Source: Mobula birostris
Taxonomy: Eukaryota
Length of the DNA stretch: 64,000 nucleotides
Assembly (NCBI RefSeq): GCF_030028105.1
Contig: NC_092393.1
Span: forward strand, 54,694,125-54,758,124
Direction of reading: 5' to 3'
In this document: piece after piece, positions 1 through 57,786 of the stretch
How the letters are laid out: every line of letters starts with the position of its first letter
Position numbering within the stretch: the first letter of the stretch is position 1
Translations under genes and position numbers: made by a program
Notes under the pieces: generated by a model
Databases searched by the model: none
What the model was told of the DNA's origin: nothing
Seen by the model: only the letters and a program-made list of their open reading frames with translations

Positions 1-146
1 TCCACCTCTCCCGGAAGATCCGGGAGTCTCCCGCATATCGATAGTGGTTCCCTGACACCCGGAAATTATACACAATATCCCAGAAATCGATTTTTTTGAG
101 AGGGAGAGGGGGCGGGAGAGCGAGCATCCTGATGGGTCGTGCTAAG

Positions 147-951
147 AGTGGTCCCCAACCACCGGGCCGCAAGGGAACAATATGATTTGGCGATATGAAA
201 CGATATGAGTCAGCTGCACCTTTCCTCATTCCCTGTCACGCACTGTTGAACTTGAACGCACGGGAGGTCATTACCCACGCGTCATCCATGTCAGCGCAGG
301 AAGATCAACTCCTCAAGCTTGTAAATGACGGTGGGCTGTAAAGTATGTTTGACATAACATCTCTGCCGGCATTCTGGATCAAAGTCAAGGCTGAATATCC
401 TGAGATAGCCACGAAAGCACTGAAAACGTTGCTTCCATTTCCAACATTTCTCTGCGAAGCGGGGTTTTCTGCAATGAATGCAACGAAAACACAATTGCGG
501 AATAGACTGGACATAAGGAACCCCCTTCGAGTATCGCTGTCTCCCATCACCCCTCGATGGCACCGTCTTGTTGCAGGGAAACAAGCCCAGGGCTCCCACT
601 GATTCAGCGATACTGGTGTATTGCAATGATTTTATATGTTCATACGAGGAAAATAAGTGCTGTGTGTTTAATATCCAAACATTACTTAAAATGTTATGAT
701 GCTATTGATTTGTAATTGACTTATCACTATATTCATGCGAGGAAAATATGCACTGTGTGTTTAATATTAAATTCGTTAGATAAACCCTTTTAGAAATGAA
801 ATTGAATGGATTAGCCACTTATAAGTGACTTATAGTTGCCTTATCACATATATTCCGGTCGTGATTAACACACCCCACCCCGGTTGGCCGGTCCGCAAGA
901 ATGTTGTCAATATTAAACCGGTCCGCGGTGCAAAAAAGGTTGGGGACCCCC
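147..951 (+). mobile_element. hAT-Charlie/Buster-type DNA transposon, internally deleted
   Basis: TIRs AGTGGTCCCCAACC (147) and GGTTGGGGACCCC (about 938-950); flanking GCTAAG duplication; carries a transposase C-terminal fragment; both ends shared with the copy at 32419-33171. Confidence 0.8.
345..602 (+). pseudogene. hAT transposase C-terminal dimerisation-domain fragment (Charlie/Buster/ZBED5-like)
   Basis: FWIKVKAEYPEIATKALKTLLPFPTFLCEAGFSAM...KTQLRNRLD...LRVSLSPITPR...KQAQGSH* is the typical Charlie transposase C-terminus. Confidence 0.85.
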
Positions 952-2039
952 GCTAAGTAGACCTATCAGTTTTCTCTGTGGGCGGGCTTTACAGTCGACC
1001 TCAAAAATAATGACAGTGCTGCTCGCTGCGCTGTTTGCAACAGTGACTTTTCTATTGCCCATGGTGGGTTAAAATGTAAAAGACATGTTGAGGTGAGTGT
1101 AACAGGTGTCATTCGTTCATTGGTATAGCTAACGTTATTTTAAATAGCTGGCTGGCTGCTAAGGAGCTATGCTATTGATGTCCTACGTGATGAGACCAAA
1201 CTCCCTGTAGACTTGCTTAGAGTTGTAATAGAATAAAATTGATAATATAATATAAGTACATATTTTAAAGTCACATTTTCTGCATGTACCCAACTTGGTT
1301 TACAAAATCACTAAACAAAGTACTGTATTACATACACCCTTGGAGGTCGACCGGGGGAGGGGATATGGGGTTGCGGGGGGCGGGGGTGCTACCTCCCTGA
1401 AATGAGTTTTTGCAGGGTGGGATGTCTGGGATAAGGAGCAAGAGCAAAGCAAACAAGATTAAAGATGAGCTTTATATGTTACATGTACATCGAAACGTAC
1501 GGTTCGATCTACAATCCGCAAGTGTCGGCCCCTCCATTGACGCTGTCTGATCTGCTGAGTTCCTCCAGCACTTTGTATGTTGCTCAGGATTTTCTCTGGC
1601 CAAAGTACGGAAATTCTAACAATCCCAAAAGATGTAATGGAAGCAACTCATTGATTTTCAAGAGCAAAATAAAACTTCCAGTCAGGTACCTCCTGGTCAT
1701 TTTACCCAATCCAACCAATTCCTTCCCATCGCTTTTAGAGATGCCAGCTATGAACCCATGCTTTAATGCTACGACTTGCAACGGCAGGCGAGCACTGAGC
1801 GTCTCTCTCAGTGGCTGCCAGATGCAGGTTACAAACAAGGCCTTAAGAATACAAGCTGGAGATGGTGAGTATTCATTTAAGATCAAATAGAATGAAAACC
1901 AACCGAAAGAGCTACCATCAAGTTAAAAACATTACCATCGGGTAACTGGGGTTATGTGGAATATTTATGTTAAAGACAACTTACAACCACAAGGACATTG
2001 AACTTACTTTCTTGAATTTGGCGGATTCCATTCTCTCTC

Positions 2040-2553
2040 CCAAACCCGCCCCCGTAGCAGATTCCCTGACGCCATTCGTCCAATTCATAACTGTTGGAAC
2101 CAACTCCAGGTTATGGCCGCTACGATTGGTTAGTTGTGTTGTCAGTCAATCATGACCGCGCTCCTACCTGTTATGACGTCAGATTTGAAGCTTCCCGGCG
2201 ACTGGTCAGCTTCACCAATCACTTTTATTACGCTATAGGGGCGGGGTCGCTCCGACGGCACGTACCAGTTGTTGATTGGCTGGTTCCACCATCAGTCAAC
2301 CGCCCACTTTAGTTTTGACACTGCGGCTTGCCTTATCGCTCTGTCGAGGGCCGTCACAGCAAACCCGCCTTCGCCGCTCCCCCAGCCTGCGTCACTTCCG
2401 GCGGCGGGGCGAGCGCGGATTGGCCGAGAGTGGGTGGTGCGAGTGGGGCTGAGGGGAGGAAGGAGCCGGGCCCGGGGCCGGGGCCGGGGGGAGGCGTGTC
2501 TTCCTGCGGCTTCGGGAGCCTCGGCGGCTGCGTGAGTCAGTGAGTCCGGCGGC
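2040..2553 (+). promoter_or_regulatory. CpG-island, TATA-less promoter and 5' UTR of PCYT2
   Basis: High GC/CpG; perfect CRE TGACGTCA 2174-2181; several CCAAT/ATTGG boxes in both orientations; GC box GGGGCGGGG about 2238; ETS-CRE composite TGCGTCACTTCCGG 2388-2401; AP-1 TGAGTCA 2533-2539. Confidence 0.75.
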
Positions 2554-47261
<44,708 letters not shown>

Positions 47262-47696
47262 TGCAATGCTGAAGCATGCATTCAGGATGGGCATTTACAT
47301 CAGTACACTAAATTTAATGAATGATCTTATGTCGGCACTGTTTTCTCTTTATGTTTACCAGATTTAAGTGCTTTAGATTTGCAGTGCGTTTGCTTGGCAA
47401 AACTTTTAATAATAGTTTTAATTTAAAATTATGGGATGCACCAAAGGAATGGTCTGAACATTTGGGTGTACTAAAGCAGCTGCTTGTAAATATCCAGATG
47501 GTTAGTGAGTGTGTTTACAGTCCAGTGCAGTAAAATCTTTAAGTATATAATTTAAAATTGCATATTCTATTTTCATTTAATTGACCTGTAAAAGATCTGC
47601 TATTGTAGACTTTTCAAAAATCTGTCATACTTGTGGTAATTTAGATTTATTTATGTATCATGCTGCTTTTCTATTTATAAGGATATTTAAGGTGCA

Positions 47697-47708
47697 ATTA
47701 AAATTAAA
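47697..47708 (+). terminator. Candidate PCYT2 polyadenylation signal (tandem ATTAAA); more distal AATAAA at 48227, 48603 and 49147
   Basis: ATTAAA-ATTAAA followed by T/GT-rich sequence about 440 nt after the stop. Confidence 0.4.
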
Positions 47709-47756
47709 ACTATTTTAGTGTTTACTAACTAAACAATGGTATCAATTTAATTTGCA

Positions 47757-48165
47757 GAGATCAATGAGGTTGAAAGAGTGCAGAGAAAATTAATAAGGCT
47801 GTTGCTGAGACTTGAGGCCTGAGTTATAGGGAAAGGTTGAATAGAGTTAGGACTTTATTCCGTGGAGTGTAGGGGAATGAGGAGATGTTTGATAGAGGTA
47901 TTCAAGATTATGAGGGATATCGATAGGGTAAATGCAAGCAGGCTTTTTCCACTGTGGTTGGGTGAGACTGGAACATGAGGGTGGTGAGAGTGTGGAACGA
48001 GCTGCCAGCGGCAGTGGTGGATGTGGGTTTGATTTCAACATTTAAGAGAAATTTGGATTGGAACATGTATGGAAGGGCAGGTCAATGGGACGAGTTAGAA
48101 TAATAGTTGGGCATGAAGTAGATGAGCTGAATAGCTTGTTTCGGTGCTGTAGTGCTCTATGGCTC
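47757..48165 (+). mobile_element. CR1-type LINE 3' fragment
   Basis: ERVQRKL.RLL...LSY.ERL.R..L-type ORF2 end with a CTATGG-like tail; relatives at about 20490-20890, 50095-50710(-), 60330-60700. Confidence 0.7.
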
Positions 48166-51100
48166 TACATTAACCTGTGGTCCTCAGACATAGTGCAGGA
48201 AGCAAGTTTAAATCTCAAGTTTATTTAATAAAGATTATGAACTTTTGTGGCCATTTCACCACTGACCCACATCCCCAACAACAAATAGTCCTCAGTGGTT
48301 TGAAGAATAACTTGGCACTAATGGACTTGGTAATTCTTCTTCTCTTGGCATATTTGGTAGTTCTGATTATTCCGAGGCAAAATTCATTTAGGTAACTGTT
48401 ATTTCAAGGGACCATATAGTATTTCAAAGGGGTCTGTAATACATACTGTCCAGTATAATTACCCGTATATACAATGGGCTGATAGTAAATCTGTTATTTC
48501 TTAGCTCTGTTTAGTCAGGATTTAAAAATCAAACATTTCAAATTCATGCATTTTTCTTTAGATCTGGTTTGTATTCCAGCACTTAACCATGTTAGCAGCT
48601 CAAATAAATTTCTTTCTTAGAAATTTACCTGTAAATTATGGAATATTATTTCATAATTTATGTAGAAATTATGGAATTATTTTCATTTGAAACGTACATG
48701 ATTTCTATAATGTCCAGATGTCCTCAATGTCCAGATTTCTATAATTAGTAACATTGAGAGTGAATGACCTTTGCAACTGAACCAGTAACGTTATAATGTT
48801 AGGGTATTTTATTGATTTATGTTATCAGGTGTTCTGCACAAGCAGAAGTAATTAATATTTGCTCATTTTTTTCCTTTGTTCCATACTTAGAGAAAATATT
48901 TTTCTGTGATATTTTATGATGTTTTGTAAATTTGTTTTACCATTATTTTTGTTTGCTTTTTAATATGGTGATTTTGCTTGAATTAATTTAAGTATTCTGT
49001 TTCATGTTTGTTTCTAAAAGTTACATCTTTAACGAATGTATGTCCTGACAAACCTGTGACCATAAAACTTTTAAATTGAATGTCCACTTCACACCAGTGA
49101 AGAATTAAATGTCTTGTCTAATGGTAAAAATTGCTGGAAGTCAACAAATAAAAACTAATACTCGTTTTATTTGGTATGCTTCTGAATTAGTGAAGTGTGG
49201 ACTTCAAAAATCATTGTAAATGTTTATTGTTAATTTGCTTTCATGTGCCCCTTTCATTAACCTTTGTATTTCAAACAATTTTTGTGTGGAAGTTTTACTC
49301 AGCTGATTTTCTTTTCAATAAGTTATTATCACTATTCAGATCTGCATTTCTATTACTCTCTGAATCATGGTAATTAAAAGATGATGACACAGGGATAGGG
49401 AAAGTTGATGTTTAAATAGGGAGTTGTCTTAGTTCTGAATGGTAATTACACAAAATAAGTTAAGTTGTTTCTGTGATTTAACTTCAAACTCTGATAATAA
49501 TGCACCATAATCGAAGGCTTGCTTTGTTCATACTGCTATAATAAGTCTTTTTACCAGTGGATTGCCCTGCTCAGGAAAATATAATTGCATGAAACCATGA
49601 ATATTTGGCTTGGGCTTCATTGAACACCTCCTGCAAAATGGAAGCTATTATAAAGTACAACTCTCAGGAGATTTGTGTTAAGAATTCAGAAGAAAGCTCC
49701 AACAGGCTAACAAATAATGGACTATAAAATGACTGCACTCTAATGCATATTTTCCATTGTCACGTACGTTCTCCATTGTGGGATAAGGAAGGGGACATGA
49801 CTAATTAAAGAATAAGTAGACTTGTTTTGGACTTAACTCTCTGCATTTCTCTTAGTGCAAATTCTCTGTGAGAATTTAGTTTCCTGTTTTGTAAGTTTTC
49901 TTAGCCAGATTATAAAAACCACTTTTCTTGAAAGTGTAAAGTCATTAATAATAAAGAATAATAAATTTGCCCATGATAAATATACCAATTTTACCAGGTG
50001 TTTAAGAATACTTTGAATGTCACTATTATGATGGGGGAACTGTGGCAGCTAGTTTATGCACAGCAAGCTTCCATAAACAATCTGATAATGGAACAGGACA
50101 AGCCCCTCAGCCCATGATGTTCTGCCAAACTTATAACCTACCCTTCCCTCCTACATAGCCCTCCATTTTTCTTTCATGCATGTGCCTAAGAGTGTATTAA
50201 ATGTCCCTAACATACTTTCCCCCACCAGAGCATTCCATGCACCCTCCACTCTCTGTGTAAAAGAAAATACTATCTCTGATATCCCCCCTCTACTTTCCTG
50301 CAATCACCTTAAAATTATAACTCCTTGTATTAGTAATTTTCACCCTGGGGAGAAAAGTCTGTCGTCCATTCAATCATGCCGCTTACCAAATCACCTCTCG
50401 TCCTCCTTTGCTCCAAAGAAAAAAGCCCCAGTTGGCTCAACCTATCCTCTCATAAGACATGACCTCCAGTCCAGGCGGCATCCTGGTAAATCTCCCCTAC
50501 ACCCTCTCCAAAGCTTCGACATTCTTCCTATATTGAGGCGACCAGCACTAAGCACAATATCCCAAGAGTGGTCTAACCAAAGTTTTATAGAGTTACAGAG
50601 CTGCAACATTACCTCGTGGCTCTTGACTCAAACTCCCGACTAATGAAAGCCAACTTTCTTAACAATCATATCAACTTGTGCAGCAACTTTGGAGGATCTT
50701 TGGATGTGGGATCAAATAACGACTGAACTATTTTTCTGCTTTTGAGTGAAGGGATTGGTCAGGATACTGAAGAATTTACCTGTTCTTCATACTTCATGGG
50801 ACGATATTTCAACACCTCACCAGAAACTCCCAAGAATGCAAAATCCCTTCAGCACTGCAATTAGGTGACAACATTGAAGCATGTTTTTACATACAATTAC
50901 AGCATAACTGCTGTAATTGGATTCATTAATATTGTATTGGGCAAGAATAAACCCTGATAACCAGTCTGTGCTATGGAAGGGCTGTGTGATGATCAAATAG
51001 AAATCTGTGACTCCTCAAATTCGTGGCTTATTCCATAAATTCTTTGTATGTCTGGGGTCTTCACCGGCATGTATAACTTCACTCACCATAACCCTGAACT

Positions 51101-51244
51101 GATTCCACAACCCGTATACTCACTTTCAAGGACTCTACAACACATATTCTCAGTATTTGTTTTTTACTTGCACAATTCGTCTTATTTTGCTCATTGGTTT
51201 TTTAACAGTCTTTTTTATGTATAATTTTCTTAAATTCTATTGTA

Positions 51245-51508
51245 AAGTAAAGGCATCCGTTAGTCTTGCGAGACCATGGATCTGCGCCTGGAAAGCCTTC
51301 ATTCTCCAGGGCGCAGGCCTGGGCAAGGTTGTGTGGAAGACCAGCGGTTGCCCATGCTGCAAGTCTCCCCTCTCCACGACACCGATGTTGTCCAAGAGAA
51401 GGGCATTAGGACCCACACAGCTTGGCACCGGTGTCGTCGCAGAGCAATGTGTGATTAAGTGCCTTGCTCAAGGACACAGCACGTTGCCTCGGCTGGGGCT
51501 TGAACTCA
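51245..51508 (-). mobile_element. 5'-truncated CORE-type SINE nested in an older LINE tail
   Basis: Perfect 13-bp TSD AAATTCTATTGTA (51232-51244, 51509-51521); reverse GTGTCCTTGAGCAAGGCACTTAA core and B-box remnant. Confidence 0.75.
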
Positions 51509-54449
51509 AAATTCTATTGTATTTCTTTATTTTCCTGTAAATGCCTGCAAGAAATTGAATTTCAAGTTAAGTATATGGTAACATACATGTACTTTGATAA
51601 TAAATTTAATTTAACTTTGACTATAATAGTAATACTCAATCTTCTTACTATGATGGGCTGTTCTTCCAGCTCCCTTTCAGTTACTTGGGCTGCATGCAAC
51701 TTGTGTATCTATTTAAAAGTTTTTTTTATATATCTATTTTCGGTCCGTTATAAACACAAATCAAGATTCAGCCAAGAAACTGCACATGGCAGCAGCATCC
51801 TTCAATAAGGACCCTTATCATTCAGGGCGTGCCCACATCTCATTCCTGCCATCAAGCAGGAGAGAAAGAAGCCTTAAGACATGCACTCAGTGTTTAATAA
51901 CAGCTTTCTCTCCACCAACAGATTTCTGAACGGATCATAAATACTGTCTCATTTTTTGCAGGACTTTTTTTTATATTTCTTACTGTAACTTAGTCTAATT
52001 TTTATGATATTACACCATACCATATTACACCAAATTCGGATTTTACAGGAATCTACAAAAAGAAGCACAATGCTGGAAGAACTCAGCAAGTCTGCAGCAT
52101 CTGTGGAAGCAAAAGATACCATTGCCGTTTTGGGTCAAAGCCCGCATCAGGACTGACACAGGAGAGGGAAAGATCGCCAGTGAACAGCAGTATATAGTGA
52201 ATGGTGGGATAGAGGCAGGTAGGTGATAGGGGAGATGTTGATGGGCGGATAGAAATTGTTGTGCATTTAATATTTCAGTAATATTGTAAATATATTTGAG
52301 CATTCTTGTTCATTTAAATAATTCATTGCAGGTTATATGTAAAAACACAGGAGTTGTATATGTCACATGTGTGCCTCACTTGAAGTGAAAGTGAAGTTAG
52401 ACTTGCACTTCCGGCTCTCTTGTTTTCAATCCAATTAGGGGTTTTTTGGTGTTTTTTGAGTCACAAAACATAACAGAAGTACATGGGGGAGAATGTATAA
52501 AGGAAGAAGAAAACTGGATAGACAACTGGTAATATTCCATAATACCTCGTTTCTCCACTGTCAAATATCATCGTGTCTAAAATATAACTTTACTGTAGCT
52601 GTGTGTATATATATATTGGGCTATAGGATACTAGTGGATTTAAAACACTGTTCTGCCCTCCGTAATCTCAGAAAATGGGAATGATAGGTTGAAATGAATA
52701 GTACATATCTACTGATTCTTGCCTTTTTGTTTATGAAGTCTTGAATGTCAGTTCTACAGGTAACATAAATGCATCTGAAACAGGTTGAAAGACAGTAGAC
52801 CTAAATGAGTTTTTCTTGTGCAGGAAGAACATACTTCAAAATAAATTCTGAGTAAATTTTATTATTAAAGTACAAATATGTCACCACATACAACCCCAAG
52901 ATTCACTTTCCTGTGGGCATTCTCAGCAAATCTGTAGAATAGTAACTATAACAGGATCAATGAAAGATCAACTAGAGTGCAGAAGACAACAAACTGCAAA
53001 TGAAAATAAGGGTAAATAGCAATAAGTCCTTAAAGTGAGACCGGTGGTTGTGAGAAACATCTCAATGACGGGGCAAGTGAGTGTAGTTACCCCTTTAATT
53101 TGGGAGCCTGGTGGTTGAGAGGTAGTAATTGTTCTTGAACCTGGTGGTGCAAGTCCTGAGGCTCTTGTACCTTCTATCTAACTAGTGTAAATATTTGGTG
53201 CGGATCTTATGCTGTGTTGAAGATCATTTGCTTATGGATCCGCCTGCTTAGGAAAATGCACTTGCAAAGAACAGCTTGCATCAATCTGACCATTTGGTTT
53301 TGTTTAAAATCACTGTACATAAGATATACAGTACAGAGCAAAAGTCTTACACACGTAAAAAATTCTGTCAAGTGAAGATGCTTTCAAAAGTAATGAAATG
53401 AGATGTTTCTAAGTATGAAAAAAATACTATAAAGAGCAGTAAACAGCAAAAAACTAAATCAAATCAATATTTGGTATGATCTTTAAAACTACATCAATTC
53501 TCTTAGGTACAATGTCCTACAGTTCTAATAACAAAGTCAGCTGGTGGATTGTTCCAAGCATCTTGGACAATTTGCTACAGTTCTTCTGCAAACTTTGGCT
53601 GTCTCACTTGTTTCTCTCTCTCCAACTAATCCCAGACATCCTCGATGATGTTGGGCCATACTATCAATATATTTTTTTTAAATCTAGGCTGCCTAAGACA
53701 TTGGCACAGTACTCTATCTCACATTTCTTACTATTTCCACAAGTGTTTCTGCTGAAATAACGGGATTTCTTGAAAAGTTCAGCAACAGTATCTTCATACA
53801 CCGTCCTCGATCCCAGCTACTATGCATGGGGTCCAGCAGGGAATTACTGGTGCATTTTGACATCCTCCTACAGTTTAAATTGAATTGACACTTGCGGCCA
53901 TTTTTACTGGTACTTTTTCATTTGCTGGAAGATCCCACTGTTTTGAAAGTGAGCAATTGCCTTGTACCTTACTGAGAGTTATTGAGACATTCTCACAATA
54001 GTGTTTGGGAGTGTGCTTCGTGAAAATTGGCAGCTGCTTTTCCTACCACAATGATCATATTTGGCTGTAAATTATTTTGGACTGCTTGCTTCCAAAGTAC
54101 TACAAGATCGATTGTACGACGTTCGTGCAGTAAATAAAAAGCAAAATAAAATCGCAAAAGCTCGAAAACTCAAATTTAGAAAATGCCTGAAAATGCTGGA
54201 AACACTCAGCACGCCAGGCTACATATACAGAAATACGAACAGACGGTGTTTAAGGTCCGAGACTCTTCCTCTGAACTGGCCTGAACAGTTATCTCCGTTT
54301 CCCTTTCCACAGAGGCTGCCTGTCCTGCAGTGAGTTTTCTGTTTTAATGACGCAGCATCAGGTAGATTTGTATCCAGCTAGAGGACAGGCAATTTTTTAA
54401 ACTGAGAATCATTATTTTGCAAACTAGTCCTCAGCATTCCCAAAATGAG

Positions 54450-54750
54450 AAGCCTCCACAGGCAGACGTCATTTCCTCTGAATGTGACCCAGGGATGTTT
54501 CCTAGTGTAACTACGGCGCCAGCGGTTTAAACTTTCGGGAGGCGCGGGCGGAGAAACGAACAAAGTTTTGATGCGCGACGGGGCGACATGAGGACACGTG
54601 CGAGTCCGGGGAAGTGAGGGACTGCTCCTGAAGTCAGGGAGGGTGGGGTGCAGGGGCACAGGAGAGATTCGCCTCTCGCCGGCTTCCCGTTCCTTCGCAT
54701 TTCCACCTCAGCTCGCTGCCTTCCACTTGGGGAAGAAATGGTCGGCGGCA
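54450..54750 (+). promoter_or_regulatory. CpG-rich promoter / 5' UTR of gnav1
   Basis: Local CpG enrichment; GACGTCA 54465-54471, E-box CACGTG 54595-54600, GGAAGTG ETS-like site. Confidence 0.55.
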
Positions 54751-54880
54751 ATGGGACTGTGCCTGGGTTCGGAGAGCAGCGCCGAGGAGCGGCAGGCGCG
54801 GCTCCGCAGCGACAAGATTGACCGCGCTCTGTATGAATATGCCAAACAGGAGTTGAACGTGGTGAAAATTTTGCTGCTAG
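54751..54880 (+). CDS. gnav1: G protein alpha subunit, class v (G-alpha-v), coding exon 1 (MGLCLGSESSAEERQARLRSDKIDRALYEYAKQELNVVKILLL)
   Basis: MGLCLGS N-terminus (Gly2, Cys4 lipidation sites) and IDRxLYEYAKxELNVVKILLLG match my recollection of teleost Gnav1; phase-1 donor GTCAGT at 54881. Confidence 0.88.
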
Positions 54881-55819
54881 GTCAGTAAAAAGATTGTTGG
54901 TTCCAATCTGTAGGGCGAACCCTGGTTGCCAGCAGTGCTATAGATTACTTTTACCCTGCTATTTTTAGTTCAATATACATAGTTACGGTTTGACTCTCGT
55001 CACAATTTGGTTTTCATTGGAGTGGCTGAGGCGAGGTTTCCAATGAATTTTTTTCCCACTGAAAGCTCGCTCCTTCTCGCTTTGCATTCTTTCTGAAATT
55101 ATTGCATGTATTTTTGCGTACGTGAAGCAAAGCCCTCTCCACCACTGAGCACACCTACACGGAGCACTGTCGCAGGAAAAAAAGGGGGCCTCTATCGTCA
55201 GGGACCCCTCTCCACCTCCAGGTTGTGCTCGTATCTCGCTGCTGCCACCGGGAAGGTGGTACAGGAGCCTCGGGACCCGACCCGCCCCGTCAGGTTCAAG
55301 GAGAGTTATCACCCCTCAATCGTCGGGCTCTTGAACTTCACTGAATTTCTCCCACAATTTAAAAGACTCTTCGTCTCATGTTCTCCATATCTGTTGCTTG
55401 CTTGCTTATTTATTTATTTATTGTGTTTGCAGGTGATTTTTTTTGCGCAATGGCTGTTGCTCCGTCTTGTTGGGCGTGGTCTTTAATTGATTCTATCGTG
55501 TTTCCTGTAAAAGCCCGCAAGAAAATGAATCGCAGGGTTGTCATATGGTGACGTGTATGTCGTTTGATGCACAACCCCAATTATTTAAACAGGGGAAAGG
55601 ACCTCCCGTCGAGTGAATGAATTGGAAAATATTGACAGTGGAAACATTCGTCATTTAGCGGTGATCTTGCCATTGTGATAAGGGCGACGGTGATAATAGA
55701 ACTTTTGTATTGTAGCCAATGTTTGAGTTTGTGTGTATCGTTTATGATTAGAAAGTTGTTTAAAAACTTTCCTTCAATTATAAAGACTCGGTTTCTTCAA
55801 GTCGCTAAACATAAATTTG

Positions 55820-56510
55820 GGTCAACACACAAAATGTTGGGGGAACTCGGTCAGGCACCATCTATGGAGGGGAATAAATAGTTCACGTTTCGTGCCCGGA
55901 CCCTTCATCGGGACTGGAGAGGTGGGGGTGGAAGTCAGAATAAGAAGGTGGGGGAGGGGAAGGGGGCAAGCTGGCGGGTGATGAGTGAGACCAGGTGAGG
56001 GGGAAGGACTTGATGAAGGGTCTCGGCCTGACCCTCGCCACGGCTGCTGGCTTTCTGGTAAACTGCCGACACTGGAATTCCGAAGTAACGCGCAAAATGC
56101 TGTAGGAACTCAGCAGGTCAGGCAGTATCTGCGGAAGTGAATAGAAAGCTGATATTTCGGGCTGAGACCCTTTTCCGGGGCTGTAAAGGATGCCAGAATA
56201 GAAAGGTGTCGGGAGGGGAAGGTGATGGGTGGGAAAGGTCAAGGGCTGGAGAAGGAGGAATCGGATAGGAGAGGAGAGTGGATCATGGGCGAAAGGGAAG
56301 GAGGAGGGGCACCCCAGGGAAGTAATGGGCAGGTGAGAAGTGGTAAAAGATCGGGGTGGCCTCATCTTGGCACCAGAGGAGGCCATTGACCAACACATCG
56401 GAATTGAAATGTTTGGCCCCCGGGAAGTCCCGCTTGTGCCTGACCTGCTGAGTTCTTCCTGCATTTTGTATGTTGCTCTGGATTTCGGTCATCTGCAGAA
56501 TCTCTTGTTA
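55820..56510. mobile_element. Cluster of rearranged Penelope-like pLTR fragments with degenerate hammerhead motifs
   Basis: CAAAATGCTG..GGAACTCAGCAGGTCAGGCAG ends in both orientations; WCQDEAT GIY-YIG remnant. Confidence 0.6.
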
Positions 56511-57494
56511 CTTATTAATTTGAGTCAACCAGCTTCGTCTGACTTTTCTGTCTCATTGACTAGAATAATCAAATGAGGCAATAAGGGAGACTATTGTGTG
56601 TATCTCAGATAAACATTCAGTAAATACCAGTGATGGTGAAAAGCATGACTGACACGGTATAGGACTAAATGAGAAACTTGTGAGGGGCACTGTCTTGCCG
56701 CTCAACTCAAACTTCACTTCCTCTCAAAATTTGTCTTTAAAGTTCGTCATTCAGTATTTAATTCAATGCATTAAAAATGCCAAAAAATACAAACTTTTAG
56801 GAGGAGAAGAAGAAAATGAAATGGTTCAAGTGTTAACCCATTAGTAACACACAGGCATTAACTGCTTATTCATTTCCGTAGGTGCTGTTTGACTTGCTGA
56901 GTTCCTCCGGAATTTTTGCGTGTGTTGCTTTGGATTTCCAGCATCTGCAGACTTTCTTGTGTTCATGTTAATCCATTAATTGCCTGCTAAGCAATCTCAA
57001 TTTACTCGGACAGCCCAAAGCAATGGATTCTGGATGAGATCAGAGACAATAGGGCTAAGTGGCTGTTTCACGTGCAACTATATTTAATCAGCTTGACTGA
57101 TAAAGGGACTCTGCCCAAAACGTCGACTGATTGTTCATTTCCATAGATGCTGCCTGAGCTGCTGAGTTCCTCCAGCATTTTGTGTGCGGTACTGTGGTAT
57201 AGGAGGCATGCGCCTGTTTTTGATCGCATTGTGTTGTGTTCCGCCTTCATTATGTTTGTTATTAGTAGTTAGGCACGTGGGTAGGGGCGTGGTAGAAGTG
57301 AAGAGATTTAATTACGTGTTCATGCTGTTTAGAGTCGTTCTGGTTAGTTTAGAATTAGGGAGTAGGACAGATTGTTTGTTTTTTTTAGATTAGATTATAA
57401 GGACAAGCAGTCCTCTTTTATTGTCATTGAGTAATTATTATAGTTTTGCCAGTTTCTTAATAAAGGATTGAATACATTTCCTTGACTTCATCAG

Positions 57495-57757
57495 CAGGGT
57501 GGCATAGTGGTCAGCACAACCCGGGTTCAATTCCCACCGCTGCCTGTAAGGCATTTGTACGTTCTCCCCCTGACCGTGAGGGTTTCCTCCGGGTGCTCCA
57601 GTTTCCTCCCAGAGTCCAAAAATGGACTGGTTGGTAGAATAATTGGTCATTGTAAATTGTCCCGTGATTAGGCTATGGTTAAATTGGGGGGGAGGGGGGG
57701 GTTTGCTGGGCAGTGTGGCTCGAAGGGCCTATTCCATACTGTATCTCAATAAATAAA
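57495..57757 (+). mobile_element. HE1/V-SINE-type SINE
   Basis: A box TGGCATAGTGG, B box GGTTCAATTCC, V-domain GGGTTTCCTCCGGGTGCTCCAGTTTCCTCCC, (AATA)n tail. Confidence 0.8.
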
Positions 57758-57786
57758 AACATTATTGGATTCCATAGAAGACACAC

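Larger units (their letters stand above)
1..1428. mobile_element. Probable non-autonomous hAT-like DNA transposon; left end lies just outside the window; hosts a nested Charlie-like element
   Basis: Right end GGGTGGGATGTCTG (1415-1428) roughly complements the window start TCCACC; GC-rich subterminal palindromes; only one terminus fully visible. Confidence 0.4.

Noticed and set aside
345-602. ZBED5/SCAND3-like host gene
   Set aside because: Only the last 85 residues, enclosed in TIRs with no splice structure
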